Part shown: in pieces, positions 25,337 to 38,448 of the stretch
How positions within the stretch are numbered: position 1 is the stretch's first letter
Layout: the number at the start of each line of letters is the position of its first letter
Assembly: GCF_030028105.1 (NCBI RefSeq)
Contig: NC_092381.1
Coordinates: 41,579,474 to 41,643,473 of the forward strand
Source: Mobula birostris
Lineage: Eukaryota
DNA: 64,000 bases
Direction of reading: 5' to 3'
The notes under the pieces: generated by a model
The model's input: the letters and a program-made list of their open reading frames with translations, nothing else
What the model was told of the DNA's origin: nothing
Databases searched by the model: none
Translations under genes and position numbers: made by a program

Positions 25337-26433
25337 TGAACGCAGTAGGCCAGGCAGCATCTCTAGGAAGAGGTGCAGTCGACATTTCGTGCCGACACAC
25401 TTCGTCAGGACTAACTGAAAGAAGAGCTAGTGAGAGATTTGAAAGTGGGAGGGGGAGGTGGAGATCCGAACTGATAGGAGAAGACAGGAGGGGGAGGGAT
25501 GGAGCCAAGAGCTGGACAGTTGATTGGCAAAAGGGATATAAGAGGATCATGGGACAGGAGGCCCAGGGAGAAAGAAAAGGGGGAGGGAGGGAAAACCCAG
25601 AGGATGGGCAAGGGGTATAGTGAGAGGGACAGAGGGAGAAAAAGGAGAGAGGGAGAAAGAATGTGTGTATATAAATAAATAACGGATGGGGTACGAGGGG
25701 GAGGTAGGGCATTAGCGGAAGTTTGAGAAGTCAATGTTTATGCCATCAGGTTGGAGGCTACCCAGACGGAATACAGGGTGTTGTTCCTCCAACCTGAGTG
25801 TGGCTTCATCTTTACAGTAGAGGAGGCCGTGGATAGGCATATCAGAATGGGAATAGGACGTGGAATTAAAATGTGTGGCCACTGGAAGATCCTGCTTTCT
25901 CTGGCGGACAGAGAGTAGGTGTTGGAGGAACGACGCCTTATATTCCGTCTGGGTAGCCTCCAACCTGATGGCATGAATATTGACTTCTCAAACTTCCGCT
26001 AATGCCCCACCTCCCCCCTTACCCCATCTGTTATTTATTTATATACACACATTCTTTTTCTCTCTCTCCTTTTTCTCCCTCTGTCCCCCTCACTATACCC
26101 TTTGCCCATCCTCTGGTATTTTCCCCACGCCCCCTTTTCTTTCTCCGTAGGCTGTCCTGTCTCATGATCCTCTCATATCCCTTTTGCAAAGCAACTGTCC
26201 AGCTCTTGGCTCCATCCCTCCCCCTCCTGTCTTCTCCTATCATTTCAGATCTCCACCTCCCCTTCCCACTTTCAAATCTCTTACTAGCTCTTCTTTCAGT
26301 TAGTCCTGATGAAGGGTCTTGGCCCAAAATGTCGACTGTACCTCTTCCTAGAGATGCTGCCTGGCCTGCTGTGTTCACCAGCAACTTTTATGTGTGTTGC
26401 TTGAAATTCCAGCATCTGCAGATTTCCTCGTGT
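25337..26433. mobile_element. PLE inverted-repeat insertion (~455-bp arms) with GIY-YIG C-terminus
   Basis: Arms ~25337-25793 and ~25921-26377; exact 12-bp TSD TTATATTTCTGA at 25325-25336 and 26434-26445; peptide VATHFNS...RLEEQH..FRLGSLQPDGINIDF; hammerhead motifs at 25377-25412 (-) and 26302-26337 (+). Confidence 0.9.
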
Positions 26434-27727
26434 TTATATTTCTGAGTCAGGATTATGTGTTACTTGTAGAGAACTGAGGGTGATAGTAGGTATCCCACAC
26501 ATTTGTTCTTCTTGTCCTTCTTTGATGTGGTGACCTGAGGTTTGGGAGGTCCTGTAGTCAAGGCTAATAAATACAGTGCATTTTCTACTCAGTACATAAT
26601 CCAACAACTCTGTGCCTGCGATGGAAGGAATAAATGTTTAGGATGGTGGATGTTGTTGGACTGCACTCATTCAGGCAGGTGGAAATGATTGCATCACATT
26701 CCTGACTAGTACCTTCTGATACTTTGTGGTATCAGGAAGGGAGTCAGTTAGTACGTGATTTCAAGCGATTGACCTATTCTTGCAGACATAATATTTTTGT
26801 TGCTGCTTTCTGGTCTAAGATGACCCCTGGATTTTGATAGTGAGGGCTGAGCATACACATGTCAGTAATGCAGATTTAATACCCTTGTTGCTTTGTGTGA
26901 ATATTTGTGTGTTATTGACCAAATTTTCAATAAATCCATTATTTGGAACAGATGTAAAAGATAGGGAATTATAAATGCTAATTTTAGTTGCAAATAAGTT
27001 ATATCAGGCTGTGCACAGTAAACTATCAAATTCTATGAGATTTATTGAAGTGTTGTTGTAACTGGGGAATGGGCTGTTTGTATGATAATATCATCAACAA
27101 TTTCTCCCATTAAAAATCACATACTCAAAATGGCAGTATACAAAAGGTGCTGAGATGAAGCAGACATAAAAATTAACCTTAATGATTGGAAGTGCAATCC
27201 CAAACAGATTAATGTAATTATACATGTTGATGTCTACTTGGACTTCACTTTTTGTAGAAAGTAACAGCATTCTAGTCAAGTCATCAGCTTGTTTTCCATC
27301 GTGTAGAACAGACATATTTTATGTTCAACCTGGTGTTAGTTGGCAAAAAAAAAGCTTTTGAATAATGATCTATTTTGTCTTTAAATTTAATTTAAATGTA
27401 TGACATACTGTTTTACTCAAATGCAGGTTTTTTTACAGCCTACTTAAGAAGCTCAGTTGTTGGTAAAATGTGAGTTAGATTTTAAACCAGCCTCTGAATG
27501 TTCAGTCCAAAGGTAAGATTGTAGGTGTGCATAGTTCAGTGGTATGTCAAGAAGAGGAGCTTGTACAGTTTCTCCATTTTCCTAACACACATTACAACAA
27601 GAAAAATACATTTTCCACACAACATTTACCCTAATTAATTTTGGCAGAGAGTTTTAATAATTAACATCTAATGATTGTTTACATATTCTGTCTACTCTAA
27701 AATTTAAAAGCCTGCTTACTCAGCTTT

Positions 27728-27878
27728 TGGATCTCCCCCTCCCCCACCCACTTTCAAATCTCTTACTAGCCCTTCCTTCAGTTAGTCCTGACGAAGGGTC
27801 TCGGCCCGAAACGTCAACTGTACCTCTTCCTAGAGATTCTGCGTGGCCTGCTGTGTTCACCAGCACATTTGATGTGTG
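27728..27878 (+). mobile_element. Short PLE terminal-repeat insertion
   Basis: TSD TTACTCRGCTTT at 27716-27727 and 27879-27890. Confidence 0.8.
27784..27819 (+). ncRNA. Minimal hammerhead ribozyme motif (intact core, one stem I mismatch)
   Basis: AGTC CTGACGA A GGGT-CTCG-GCCC GAAA CGTC AACT. Confidence 0.65.
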
Positions 27879-28206
27879 TTACTCGGCTTTATTTTCAGAT
27901 TAATTAATTTGGACAACAAGAATTTGAAATTGACACAACTATTAAAAACAAAATCTATAGGAATCATAATAGTAAGCAGTGTAAATTTTCAGAATTAAAC
28001 ACTGGCTTGTCTCTTTGTAGATCTTACAGCTACAATGGGATACATTGATGGTAAAAATCTGAATTAATAGATTGCCTACAGTATTTAAGGACAATAGGAG
28101 AGCTTCATAGAATGAATATTAAATATAGGTCATGCATGTTTTAAGCCATAATGAATTGAATCATGCTTCATTCCACTTGTTGTGTAAACTCACGTCTTGC
28201 ACTTAC

Positions 28207-28253
28207 CCTATGTCCAGATCACGGTCCAATTTTCCATCCTTCATTTTTGAAAC
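28207..28253 (-). CDS. Candidate isolated 47-nt internal exon of an unidentified host gene (VSKMKDGKLDRDLDIG)
   Basis: Minus strand: pyrimidine tract CTCTCTCTTCATTTCTCTTTGGCAG acceptor and AGG|GTAAGT donor; only one frame is open; lies in non-repetitive DNA. Confidence 0.35.
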
Positions 28254-29362
28254 CTGCCAAAGAGAAATGAAGAGAGAGTTAATCACAACAAGCATTTCAG
28301 ACCTAAAGAAATGTTTGTATCTATGCTCTTGGTTTTGGATAATTAGTGATAGCATTAATAATCAAGTTTGCTTTGGCAATGGTGGAATTCACTTTTAATT
28401 GAAATATTTCTTTTTCGATTGAATATGATGGTGGTAGTGAATATAGGAGGCAGAGCTGAGGTTTGGACTGATAAAATTTGTAACTTCAGAAGTAGGGCAT
28501 ATTTGTTTTTCTTCAACAGCCAACATTACCTGGAGCTACAGTATGTTACTTCGGTATCAGCGGGAATTAATCTCTTAGTCCTCTAGTATTTTGTACTCCC
28601 TTTTTTAAACTCAGTTTTTATTTTCTGGATTCTACTAAAATCAATGTAATGCAGCAGAACACCTTTTGGGCAACTTATTGCTCTGCACATTAAATTCCTT
28701 TTCAGAGCAATTGCTTGCTGTGTGCACTGTTGTTTTCAATAGCGAGTTTTCCAAAACTTTCATCAAAAGGTGGCAGGTTATATTACCTCCAAAATTATCA
28801 TCAACAGTTCAACAATGGGAAACATGTTTCATCTGTTTGGTTTTTACATCTTGTCACTTACTATATTTAGTACATTTTATTACCAAAAGATATGTTGCTC
28901 ATTGTAAGAATTTTTTTATTCTGCATCCAGTGTTTAGCAAGATTTTTATTTGGCCTTGTAAGTGAGCTGTGTTTGTGTATGAGGAATGTGTGAGCACATG
29001 ATGTACTTGTAAGGTTTATAAGACCTGTATGTGCTTGTATACATAAAATGCATTTGGCTGAACAGTATGTAGTAAAGTGTAATATTTTGTCTGAGGATTT
29101 TCTGAAACGGAACTAGAGAGGAAAACTCCTGGCCCTCAAATACCAAATTGATACGACAAATGCAGTTACTTTCCTCAAGCAGTAAGACTGACAAACACTT
29201 CCACTCACTAACCCACCCCACCACTACTACTTTATCATTTCCTGTCAGAGTCTCTTTATGTACCAACACCCCTGTACTTAGTGTCACTTTATGTATGTAC
29301 TATCAATCTCTGTATATAAGGTATCTTATGTATCTATATTATTGTATCTTTTACTATGTTTA

Positions 29363-30637
29363 CAGAACTTCCAGCCTATTGTTAGGCCACACTTAGATCC
29401 CCTCCAGTTCACCTACCAGCCCCGACTAGGAGTTGAGGATGCCATCGTCTTCCTGCTGAACCGTGTCTACGCCCACCTGGACGAGCCAGCGAGCACTGTG
29501 AGGGTCATGTTTTTTTGACTTCTCCAGTGTGTTCAACACCATCCGCCCTGCTCTGCTGGGGGAGAAGCTGACAGCGATGCAGGTGGATGCTTTCCTGGTG
29601 TCATGGATTCTTGATTACCTGACTGGCCGACCACAGTACGTGTGCTTGTAACACTATGTGTCCGACAGAGTGATCAGCAGCACTGGGGACTGTCTTGTCT
29701 CCCTTTCTCTTCACCATTTACACCTCAGACTTCAACTACTGCACAGAGTCTTGTCATCTTCAGAAGTTTTCAGATGACTCTGCCATAGTTGGATGCATCA
29801 GCAAGGGAGACGAGGCTGAGTACAGGGCTACGGTAGGAAACTTTGTCACATGGTGTGAGCAGAATTATCTGCAGCTTAATGTGAAAAAGACTAAGGAGCT
29901 AGTGGTGGACCTGAGGAGAGCTAAGGCACCGGTGACCCCTGTTTCCATCCAGGGGGTCAGTGTGGACATGGTGGAGGATTACAAATACCTGGGGATACGA
30001 ATTGACAATAAACTGGACTGGTCAAAGAACACTGAGGCTGTCTACAAGAAGGGTCAGAGCTGTCTCTATTTCCTGAGGAGATTGAAGTCTTTTAACATCT
30101 GTTGGACGATGCTGAGGATGTTCTACGAGTCTGTGGTGGCCAGTGTGATCATGTTTGCTGTTGTGTGCTGGGGCAGCAGGCTGAGGGTAGCAGACACCAA
30201 CAGAATCAACAAACTCATTGGTGATATTGTGGGGATGGAACTGGACACTATGACGGTGGTGTCTGAAAAGAGGACGCTGTCCAAGTTGCATGCCATCTTG
30301 GACAATGTCTCCCATCCACTACATAATGTATTGGTTGGGCACAGGAGTACGTTCAGCCGGAGACTCATTCCACCGAGATGCAACACAGAGCGTCATAGGA
30401 AGTCATTCCTGCCTGTGGTCATCAAACTTTACAACTCCTCCCTTGGAGGGTCAGACACCCTAAGTCAATAGGCTGGTCCTGGACTTATTTCCATCTGGCA
30501 TAATTTACATATTATTATTTAATTATTTATGGCTTTATATTGCTATATTTATACTCTATTCTTGGTTGGTGCAACTGTAACGAAACCCAATTTCCCTCAG
30601 GATCAATAAAGTATGACTATGACTATGACTATGACTA
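29363..30637 (+). mobile_element. Rex1/Babar LINE, RT 3' half
   Basis: LDPLQFTYQ, VRVMFFDFSS.FNTI, LSPFLFTIYTSD, KFSDDSAIVG, YKYLG; (ATGACT)n tail. Confidence 0.92.
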
Positions 30638-30644
30638 TTTTATA

Positions 30645-33600
30645 GATCCTGGAAAGGTCTAATAATAACAGAGTTGTCGTGATGGGAGATTTTAATTTCC
30701 CAAATATCGATTGGCATCTCCCTAGAGCAAGTGGTTTAGATGGGGTGGAGTTTATTAGGTGTGTTCAGGAAGGTTTCTTGACACAATATGTAGATAAGCC
30801 TACAAGAGGAGAGTCTGTACTTGATTTGGTATTGGGAAACGAACCTGGTCAGGTGTCAGATCTCTCAGTGGGAGAGTATTTTGGAGATAGTGATCACAAT
30901 TCTATCTTCTTTACAATTACACTGGAGAGAGATAAGAACAGACAAGTTAGAAAAGCATTTAATTGGAGTAAGCGGAATTATGAGGCTATCAGGCAGGAAA
31001 TTGGAAACTTAAATTGGAAACAGGTGTTCTCAGGAAAAAGTATGGAAGAAATGTGGCAAATGTTCAGGGGATATTTATGTGGAGTTCTGCATAGGTACAT
31101 TCCAATGAGACAGGGAAGTTATGGTAGAGTACAGGAACCATGGTGTACAAAGGCTGTAATAAATCTAGTCAAAAAGAAAAGAAAAGCTCACAAAAGGTTC
31201 AGAGAGCTAGGTAATGTTAGAGATCTAGAAGATTATAAGGCTAATAGGAAGGAGCCTAAGAAGGAAATTAGGAGTGCCAGAAGGGGCCATGAGAAGGCCT
31301 TTGGCCGGCAGGATTAAGGAAAACCCCAAGGCATTCTACAAGTATGTGAAGCGCAAGAGGATAAGACGTGAAAGAATAGGACCAATCAAGTGTGACAGTG
31401 GGAAAGTATGTACGGAACCGGAGGAAATAGCAGAGGTACTTAATGAATATTTCACTTCGGTATTCACTATGGAAAAGGATCTTGGTGATTGTAGTGATGA
31501 GTTGCAGAAGACTGAAAAGCTTGAGCATTTAGATATTAAGAAAGAGGATGTGCTGGAGCTTTTGGAAAGCATCAAGTTGGATAAGTCACCAGGACCAGAT
31601 GAGATGTACCCCAGGCTACTGTGGGAGGCGAGGGAGGAGATTGCTGAGCCTCTGGCGATGATCTTTGCATCATCAATGGGGATGGGAGAGGTTCCGGAGG
31701 CTTGTGGACGTTGTTCTGTGACTAGTGGTGTGCCACAGGGATCAGTGCTGGGTCCATTGTTATTTGTCATCTATATCAATGATCTGGATGATAATGTGGT
31801 AAATTGGATCAGCAAGTTTGCTGATGATACAAAGATTGGAGGTGTAGTAGACAGTGAGGAAGGTTTTCAGAGCCTGCAGAGGGACTTGGACCAGCTGGAA
31901 AAATGGGCTGAAAAATGGCAGATGGAGTTTAATACTGACAAGTGTGAGGTATTGCACGTTGGAAGGACAAACCGACGTAGAACATAGAGGGTTAATGGTA
32001 AGGCACTGAGGAGTGCAGTGGAACAGAGGGATCTGGGAATACAGATACAAAATTCCCTAAAAGTGTCGTCGCAGGTAGATAGGGTCGTAAAGAGAGCTTT
32101 TGGTACATTGGCCTTTATTAATCGAAGTATTGAGTATGAGAGCTGAATGTTATGATGAGGTTGTATAAGGCATTGGTGAGGCCGAATCTGGAGTATTGTG
32201 TTCAGTTTTGGTCACCAAATTACAGGAAGGATATAAATAACGTTGAAAGAGTGCAGAGAAGGTTTACAAGGATGTTGCCGGGACTTGAGAAACTCAGTTA
32301 CAGAGGAAGGTTGAATAGGTTAGGACTTTATTCCCTGGAGCGTAGAAGAATGAGGGGAGATTTGATAGAGGTATATAAAATTATGATGGGTATAGATAGA
32401 GTGAATGCAAGCAGAATTTTTGTCACGGAGGCAAGGGGAGAAAAAAACCAGAGGACATGGGTTAAGGGTGAGGGGGGAAAAGTTTAAAGGGAACATTAGG
32501 GGGGGGCTTCTTCACACAGAGAGTGGTGGGAGTATGGAATGAGCTGCCAGACGAGGTGGTAAATGCAGGTTCTTTTTTAACATTTAAGAATAAATTGGAC
32601 AGATACATGGATGGGAGATGTCTGGAGGGATATGATCCGTGTGCAGGTCAGTGGGACTAGGCAGAAAGTGGTTCGGCACAGCCAAGAAGGGCCAAAGGGC
32701 CTGTTTCTGTGCTGTAGTTTCTATGGTTCTATGGTTCTATGGTTCCTTTATTTAAGAAAGGGAGTAGAGATAACCTTGGAAATTATAGACCAGTGAGTCT
32801 TACCTCAGTGGTTGGTAAGGTGATGGAGAAGATCCTGAGAGGCAGGATTTATGAACATTTGGAGAGGCATAATATGATTAGGAATAGTCAGCATGGCTTT
32901 GTCAAGGGCAGGTCATGCCTTACGAACCTGATTGAATTTTTTGAGGATGTGACTAAACACATTGATGAAGGAAGAGCAGTAAATGTAGTGTATATGGATT
33001 TCAGCAAGGCATTTGATAAGATACCCCATGCAAGGCTTATTGAGAAAGTAAGGAGGCATGGAATCCAAGGGGACATTGCTTTGTGGATCCAGAACTGGCT
33101 TGCCCACAGAAGGCAAAGAATGGTTGTATATGGCTCATATTCTGCATGGAGGTTGGTCACCAGTGGCGTGCCTCAGGGATCTGTTCTGGGACCGTTACTC
33201 TTCATGATTTTTACAAATGACCTGAATGAGGAACTGGAGGATGGGTTAGGAAGTTAGGATGACACAAAGGTTGGAGGTGTTGTGGATAGTGTGGACGGCT
33301 GTCAGAGGTTACAGCAGGACATTGATAGGATGCAAAACTGGGATGAGAAGAGGCAGATGGAGTTCAACCCAGATAAGTGTGAAGTGGTTCATTTTGGTTG
33401 GTCAAATATGATGGCAGAATATAGCATTAATGGTAAGACTCTTGGCAGTGTGGAGGATCGGAGGGATCTTGGGGTCCGAGTCCATAGGACGCTCAAAGCA
33501 GCTGCGCAGGTTGACTCTGTGGTTAAGAAGGCATATGGTGTATTGGCCTTTATCAATCGTGGAATTGAATTTAGGGGCTGAGAGGTAATGTTGCTGCTAT

Positions 33601-34170
33601 ATAGGACCCTGGTCAGACCCCACTTGGAGTACTGTGCTCAGTTCTGGTCGCCTCACTACAGGAAGGATGTGGAAGCCATAGAAAGGGTGCAGAGGAGATT
33701 TACAAGGATGTTGCTTGGATTGGGGAGCATACCTTATGAGGATAGGTTGAGTGAAGTGAGCCTTTTCTCCTTGGAGCAACAGAAGATGAGAGGTGACCTA
33801 ATAGAAGTGTATAAGATGATGAGAGGCATTGATCGTGTGGATAGTCAGAGGCTTTTTCCCAGGCTGAAATGGTTGCCACAAGAGGACACAGGTTTAAGGT
33901 GCTGGGGAGTAGGTACAGAGGAGATGTCAGGGGTAAGTTTTTTACGCAGATAGTGGTGAGTGCGTGGAATGGGCTGCCAGCAACGGTGGTGGAGGCGGAT
34001 ACGATAGGGTCTTTTAAGAGACTTTTGGATAGGTACATGGATCTTAGAAAAATAGAGGGCTATAGGTAAGCCTAGTAATTTCTAAGGCAGGGACATGTTC
34101 GGCACAAATTTGTGGGCTGAAGGGCTTGTATTGTGCTGTAGGTTTTCTATGTTTCTACGTTTCTATGTTC
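30645..34170 (+). mobile_element. 5'-truncated CR1 LINE (APE C-term to 3' tail) with nested CR1
   Basis: [49 protein letters not shown]; TTTCTATG tail; TSD TTTATA at 30639-30644 and 34171-34176. Confidence 0.92.
31717..32741 (+). mobile_element. Second CR1 subfamily 3' fragment nested in CR1
   Basis: Starts at [13 protein letters not shown], contains KFADD, ends in (GGTTCTAT)n; GTTC duplicated at 31713-31716 and 32742-32745. Confidence 0.88.
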
Positions 34171-34514
34171 TTTATATGATTGTGCTTCATTTTTATGCTG
34201 CATCAGATTTAGAGTAGTAATTATTTCATTCTCCTTTACACATGTGAAATAGAAAAGACATTATAAAATCTTGAATCTGAAATACTAAGTAGAAATTAAG
34301 GCTATGTTATGGAGGCCCAATATATAAAAGGGGCAAACACACTTTGGTTAGGTTTTCTAAATTTGCCATCTTTACACAAACATTTGCGACATGTCCAAAG
34401 CTTGACATGCTTTTTCACTTGGGTGTGAATTTTCTTGTGAATAATGATTAATCAATAAAACAGACACCTTCCTGTTATGTCTTTTATTTTCTATACTTTC
34501 TGCAAGGTTTTTAT

Positions 34515-35528
34515 AAGGTAGGTAAGTCACCTGGAGCAGATGGTGTACAAACCAGGGTTCTGAAAGTGGTGGCCGAGTAGAATCGAGAATCAAATGATTC
34601 TGGCATGGTTCCAAGAGAATGGAAAATTGCAAATGTGACTCCACTCTTCAAGAAGGGAGAGAAGCAGAAGAAAGGAGACTATAGAACCGTTAACCTGACC
34701 GTCGTGGCTGAGAAGATATTGGAGTTGATTATAAGGATGAGTTCTCAGGGTACATGGAAGCACATGATAAAATAGGGCATAGTCAGCATGGTCTTCTCAA
34801 AGGAAGATCCTGCCTGTCAAATTCTGTTGGAATTCTTTGAAGAAATAACAAGCAGGATAGATGAAGGAGAATCAGTTAATGTTGTGTACTTAGATTTTCA
34901 GAAGACCTTCGACAAGGTGCCACACATGAGGCTGCTTAACAAGCTACAAGCCCATGGTATTACAGGAAAGATTCTAGCTTGGATAAAACAGTGGCTGATT
35001 GGCAGGAGGCAAAGAGTGGGAATACAGGAAGCCTTTCTGGTTGGCTGCCAATGACTAGTAGTTTTCCACAGGGGTCTGTGTTGGGACCAATTCTTTTTAC
35101 ATTATATGTCAATGATTTGGATGATGGAATTGATGGATTTGTTGAAAAGTTTGCAGATGATATGAAGCTAGATAGAGGGGCATGTAGTTTTGAGGAATGA
35201 AAGAGGCTACAGAGGGATGTGGAGAGGATGTTTCCTACATTGGGAGAGTCTAAGACCAAAGGACACAGCTTCAGAATAGAGTGGCATCCTTTTAGAATGG
35301 AGATCAGAAGGAATTTCTTGGGCCAGAGAGTAGTGAATCTGTGGAATTCTTTGCCACAGGCAGCTGTGGAGGCCAAGTCTTTATGTATATTAAGCCAGAG
35401 GTTGATAGATTCTTGGTTGGTCAGCGTATGAAGGGGCTAAGAAGAAAATTGGATCACCCATGATGAAATGGCAGAGCAGACTTGAGGGGCCAAATTGCCT
35501 CATTCTGCTCCTCTATCTTATGGTCTTC
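34515..35528 (+). mobile_element. Decayed CR1 RT fragment with internal deletion
   Basis: [28 protein letters not shown], then jumps to the 3' end. Confidence 0.85.
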
Positions 35529-36612
35529 TATTTGTAAAGGTTGCTAACATCCACTTTGTATTCCATGTCCTGATTACTGAGGCAGTCTCATGAGATTGAT
35601 AACTGAAACAGCAAGGCCAGTGGCCAAAGTAACTTTATCACTTAACTCCATTCAGCGTTATAAAAGGAGTGTTATAAGAAGAGCAAACAACAAAACATGT
35701 GTTTATAATGATCCTCTTAGGACCTGTAAAAGTATATCCATTATGAAAAGTATACTATAGTATATCAGATACTCCTATTAAACAATCATCAGATGAAAGC
35801 CTAGCTTGCAATGGCATTTTCAAGTTAGATATTTTAACTCAGCATAAATCCATCTATCTTTCATGCACCTTTACTACATTTAATTGATTATTATACAAAC
35901 ACATACATTTCATTCATCAGTTAGAGAGAATGGGATTACACTGAATGGAAACATCCTGCTATTGTCTTGTCAGCATTGCCACGTAGGTAATAGTTGTAAG
36001 ATTACAGGAAGCCAGTTCTTTTTTATTGGAAAGTTGCTTAAGTTTCCAATTGAAGGATAATTGGGGGTAGATTCTATCACTCACACCAAATTAGAGCACA
36101 CAGCTCCTTTAGGTACAGCCATAGCAATCAGGTTTGTTTTGTTCCTTCAGAAAATCTACTGCTATTGTAAATTCTGCAGCTATGATATTTAGCAATTATT
36201 CTACTTTGGTTATAAAGATGCTATCTGGTGCAAATTATTGCTAAAGAAGTGCTAAATACGAGATGCAGAGTAAAAACACCTTCCCTGACTAGTAAAGTAA
36301 GTTTTGTTAATAAAATATAACCCCAAGCTTTCAATTAGGTGGTTGATTTACATGTCCTTAATGGAAATGTCACATTGAGTGCACAACCACATCAGCAGAA
36401 AATGTTACGCCAACTCTTCCTACTCTCCTCACACTCAAAAATGCCTATGATAAAATTGTGTCTTTTAACCAATCAGTTAACCATACCTTCGGCATTCTGT
36501 CCCCATCAAAAGTTCCTTCCTCATGTTGTCTAATTTAGTACCATATGTTAAGAGGCCAGTTACCACCAAGTTCTACTGAAAGGACAAAGCAGGGATAATA
36601 TGAACATGAGCT

Positions 36613-37393
36613 TTCAATTTAAAGTGGTTCATAGGGCTTATATGACCAAGGATAAGTTATCTCCTTTTTATATGGATATATCTCCCTACTCTGATAGGCG
36701 TAACAATGGAGAAGCTTCACTTATTCATATGTTTTGGACGTGTCCAAGTTTTGGAAAATGTTGGAAGGAAGTATTCCAAACTTTTTCTGTACTCTTTAAA
36801 GTAAATTTTAAGCCTAATCCTTTGACTGCCATATTTAGTATTGTTGGAGGGAAAGATATCCTCTTGAAGACATCTGATCTGCATATTCTGGCTTTTATTT
36901 CTCTTATGGCTAGGAGGGCGCTTTTGTTTAAATGGAAGGATGCTGTTCCGCCTAATCATGCTCAGTGGTTACAAGATGTTATGGCATGCCTAAATTTAGA
37001 AAAGATTCGTTGTTCAATTTCTGAATCTAACCAAAATTTTCAAAATCTGTGGGGACCATTTTTAAATTATTTTCATAACGTTGACTTCTTGTTAAAGTAC
37101 AGAAGTTGGTTAATAGTATATGTTATTATCTGATAATTTTTTTTTCTTTTTTCCCAAACAGCTTCGACTTTGGTAGTGGGTGTAGATCTTTTTTAAAAAT
37201 AAAATTGCATATATTCTAACACACAAATTAATCTAATCTATATGAATATAGAGTAAGGAGTTCATTAATGTGATTCAATATACTGTATCTGGTATTATTA
37301 TATTTTTTCTTTCATTTTATAATATTTATTCTCTTGGACTCTGTATTCTTCTATATAGAAATCAATAAAAATATTGGAAAAAGAAAAAGAAAA
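36613..37393 (+). mobile_element. L1-clade LINE 3' end (ORF2 C-terminal zinc-knuckle region, 3' UTR, A-rich tail)
   Basis: QFKVVHRAY...ASLIHMFWTCP...KWK...PP..QWL...LEKI...WGPFL; AATAAA plus A-rich tail; TSD GAAYATGAGCT at 36602-36612 and 37394-37404. Confidence 0.85.
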
Positions 37394-38053
37394 GAATATG
37401 AGCTCTGTACCCAGTAAAATCTCACATTGATGTATCTGCACAAGGACAACACTTTATCCATTCTTCATGGCTTCATGAGAGGCAGATTTCTCTTATCCCT
37501 GCTGATATGCTGGAATGGCTGTAGGTTTAGCCTCTGTTTTCTGGAGCCTTGAAAGCTCTGGCAATTTTGGATCTTGCTTTACTTATACAGGGCAGACTTG
37601 ACTACTGGGAGCCATGGCAACAACAGGATTTCTGACTAAGAGGTAGGTTGAGAAAGGGAGATTGAGCTATTTAAGTGGAATTCACAGATCTATGATCTTT
37701 GCCTGTAGCCCCTTCCTTCTTTGGTATTATTTCCCCCTTATGCTGGAGGACGCATCAGTGCAGACCTATAAAACAAAGGCTAAGACATCCTGAGTTTGTA
37801 CAGCCATATTGAAAGCATGCAAGAACTCATTTAACTGGGGCCAATTACAAGCAAAATGCAGGTATACTTTACAAAGAGGATAATATCATCTTATTGGCCT
37901 GTGACATCAAACTCCATCTTGTTTGAAACAGGTTCCATTCAACAACTGTAAACTTCCAAAACTAAAATCAGAAAATGCTGGAAATACTCAGCAGATTAGG
38001 CTGGTGAGAGAGAAATGATTGAAATCATAAGCACTTCATCAGGTTTTCACTTA

Positions 38054-38448
38054 CACAGGAAATTCTGCAGATGCTGTAGATTCAGAGCAAGACACACAAA
38101 ATGCTGGAATTATTCAGCAGGCCAGGCAGCATCTGTCAGGAAGAATAAGGAGTCAACGTTTCTAGCTGAGAGCCTTCATCGGGACCGGAAAGGAGGGGGA
38201 AGCAGCCAGAGCAAGAAGGTTTGGGAGAGTGGAAGGAAATCAAATTGGAAGGTTATAGGTGAAGCCAGGTGAGGGGGAAGATAGGTTGGTGGGGGTTGGG
38301 GAGGAATGGGAGGATGAAGTGAGAAGCTGAGAGGTGATTGGTGAAAAAGAAAAGGGATGAAAAAGAAGGAATCTGTTAGGAGAAGAGAGTTGACCATGGG
38401 AGAAAGAGAAGGAGAATGGGCACCAGAGGGAGATGATAGGCATGTACC
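38054..38448 (-). mobile_element. Older PLE terminal-repeat fragment with degenerate hammerhead (38151-38186)
   Basis: Similar to 18416-18750; 15-bp TSD TCAGRTTTTCACTTA at 38039-38053 and 38449-38463. Confidence 0.8.
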
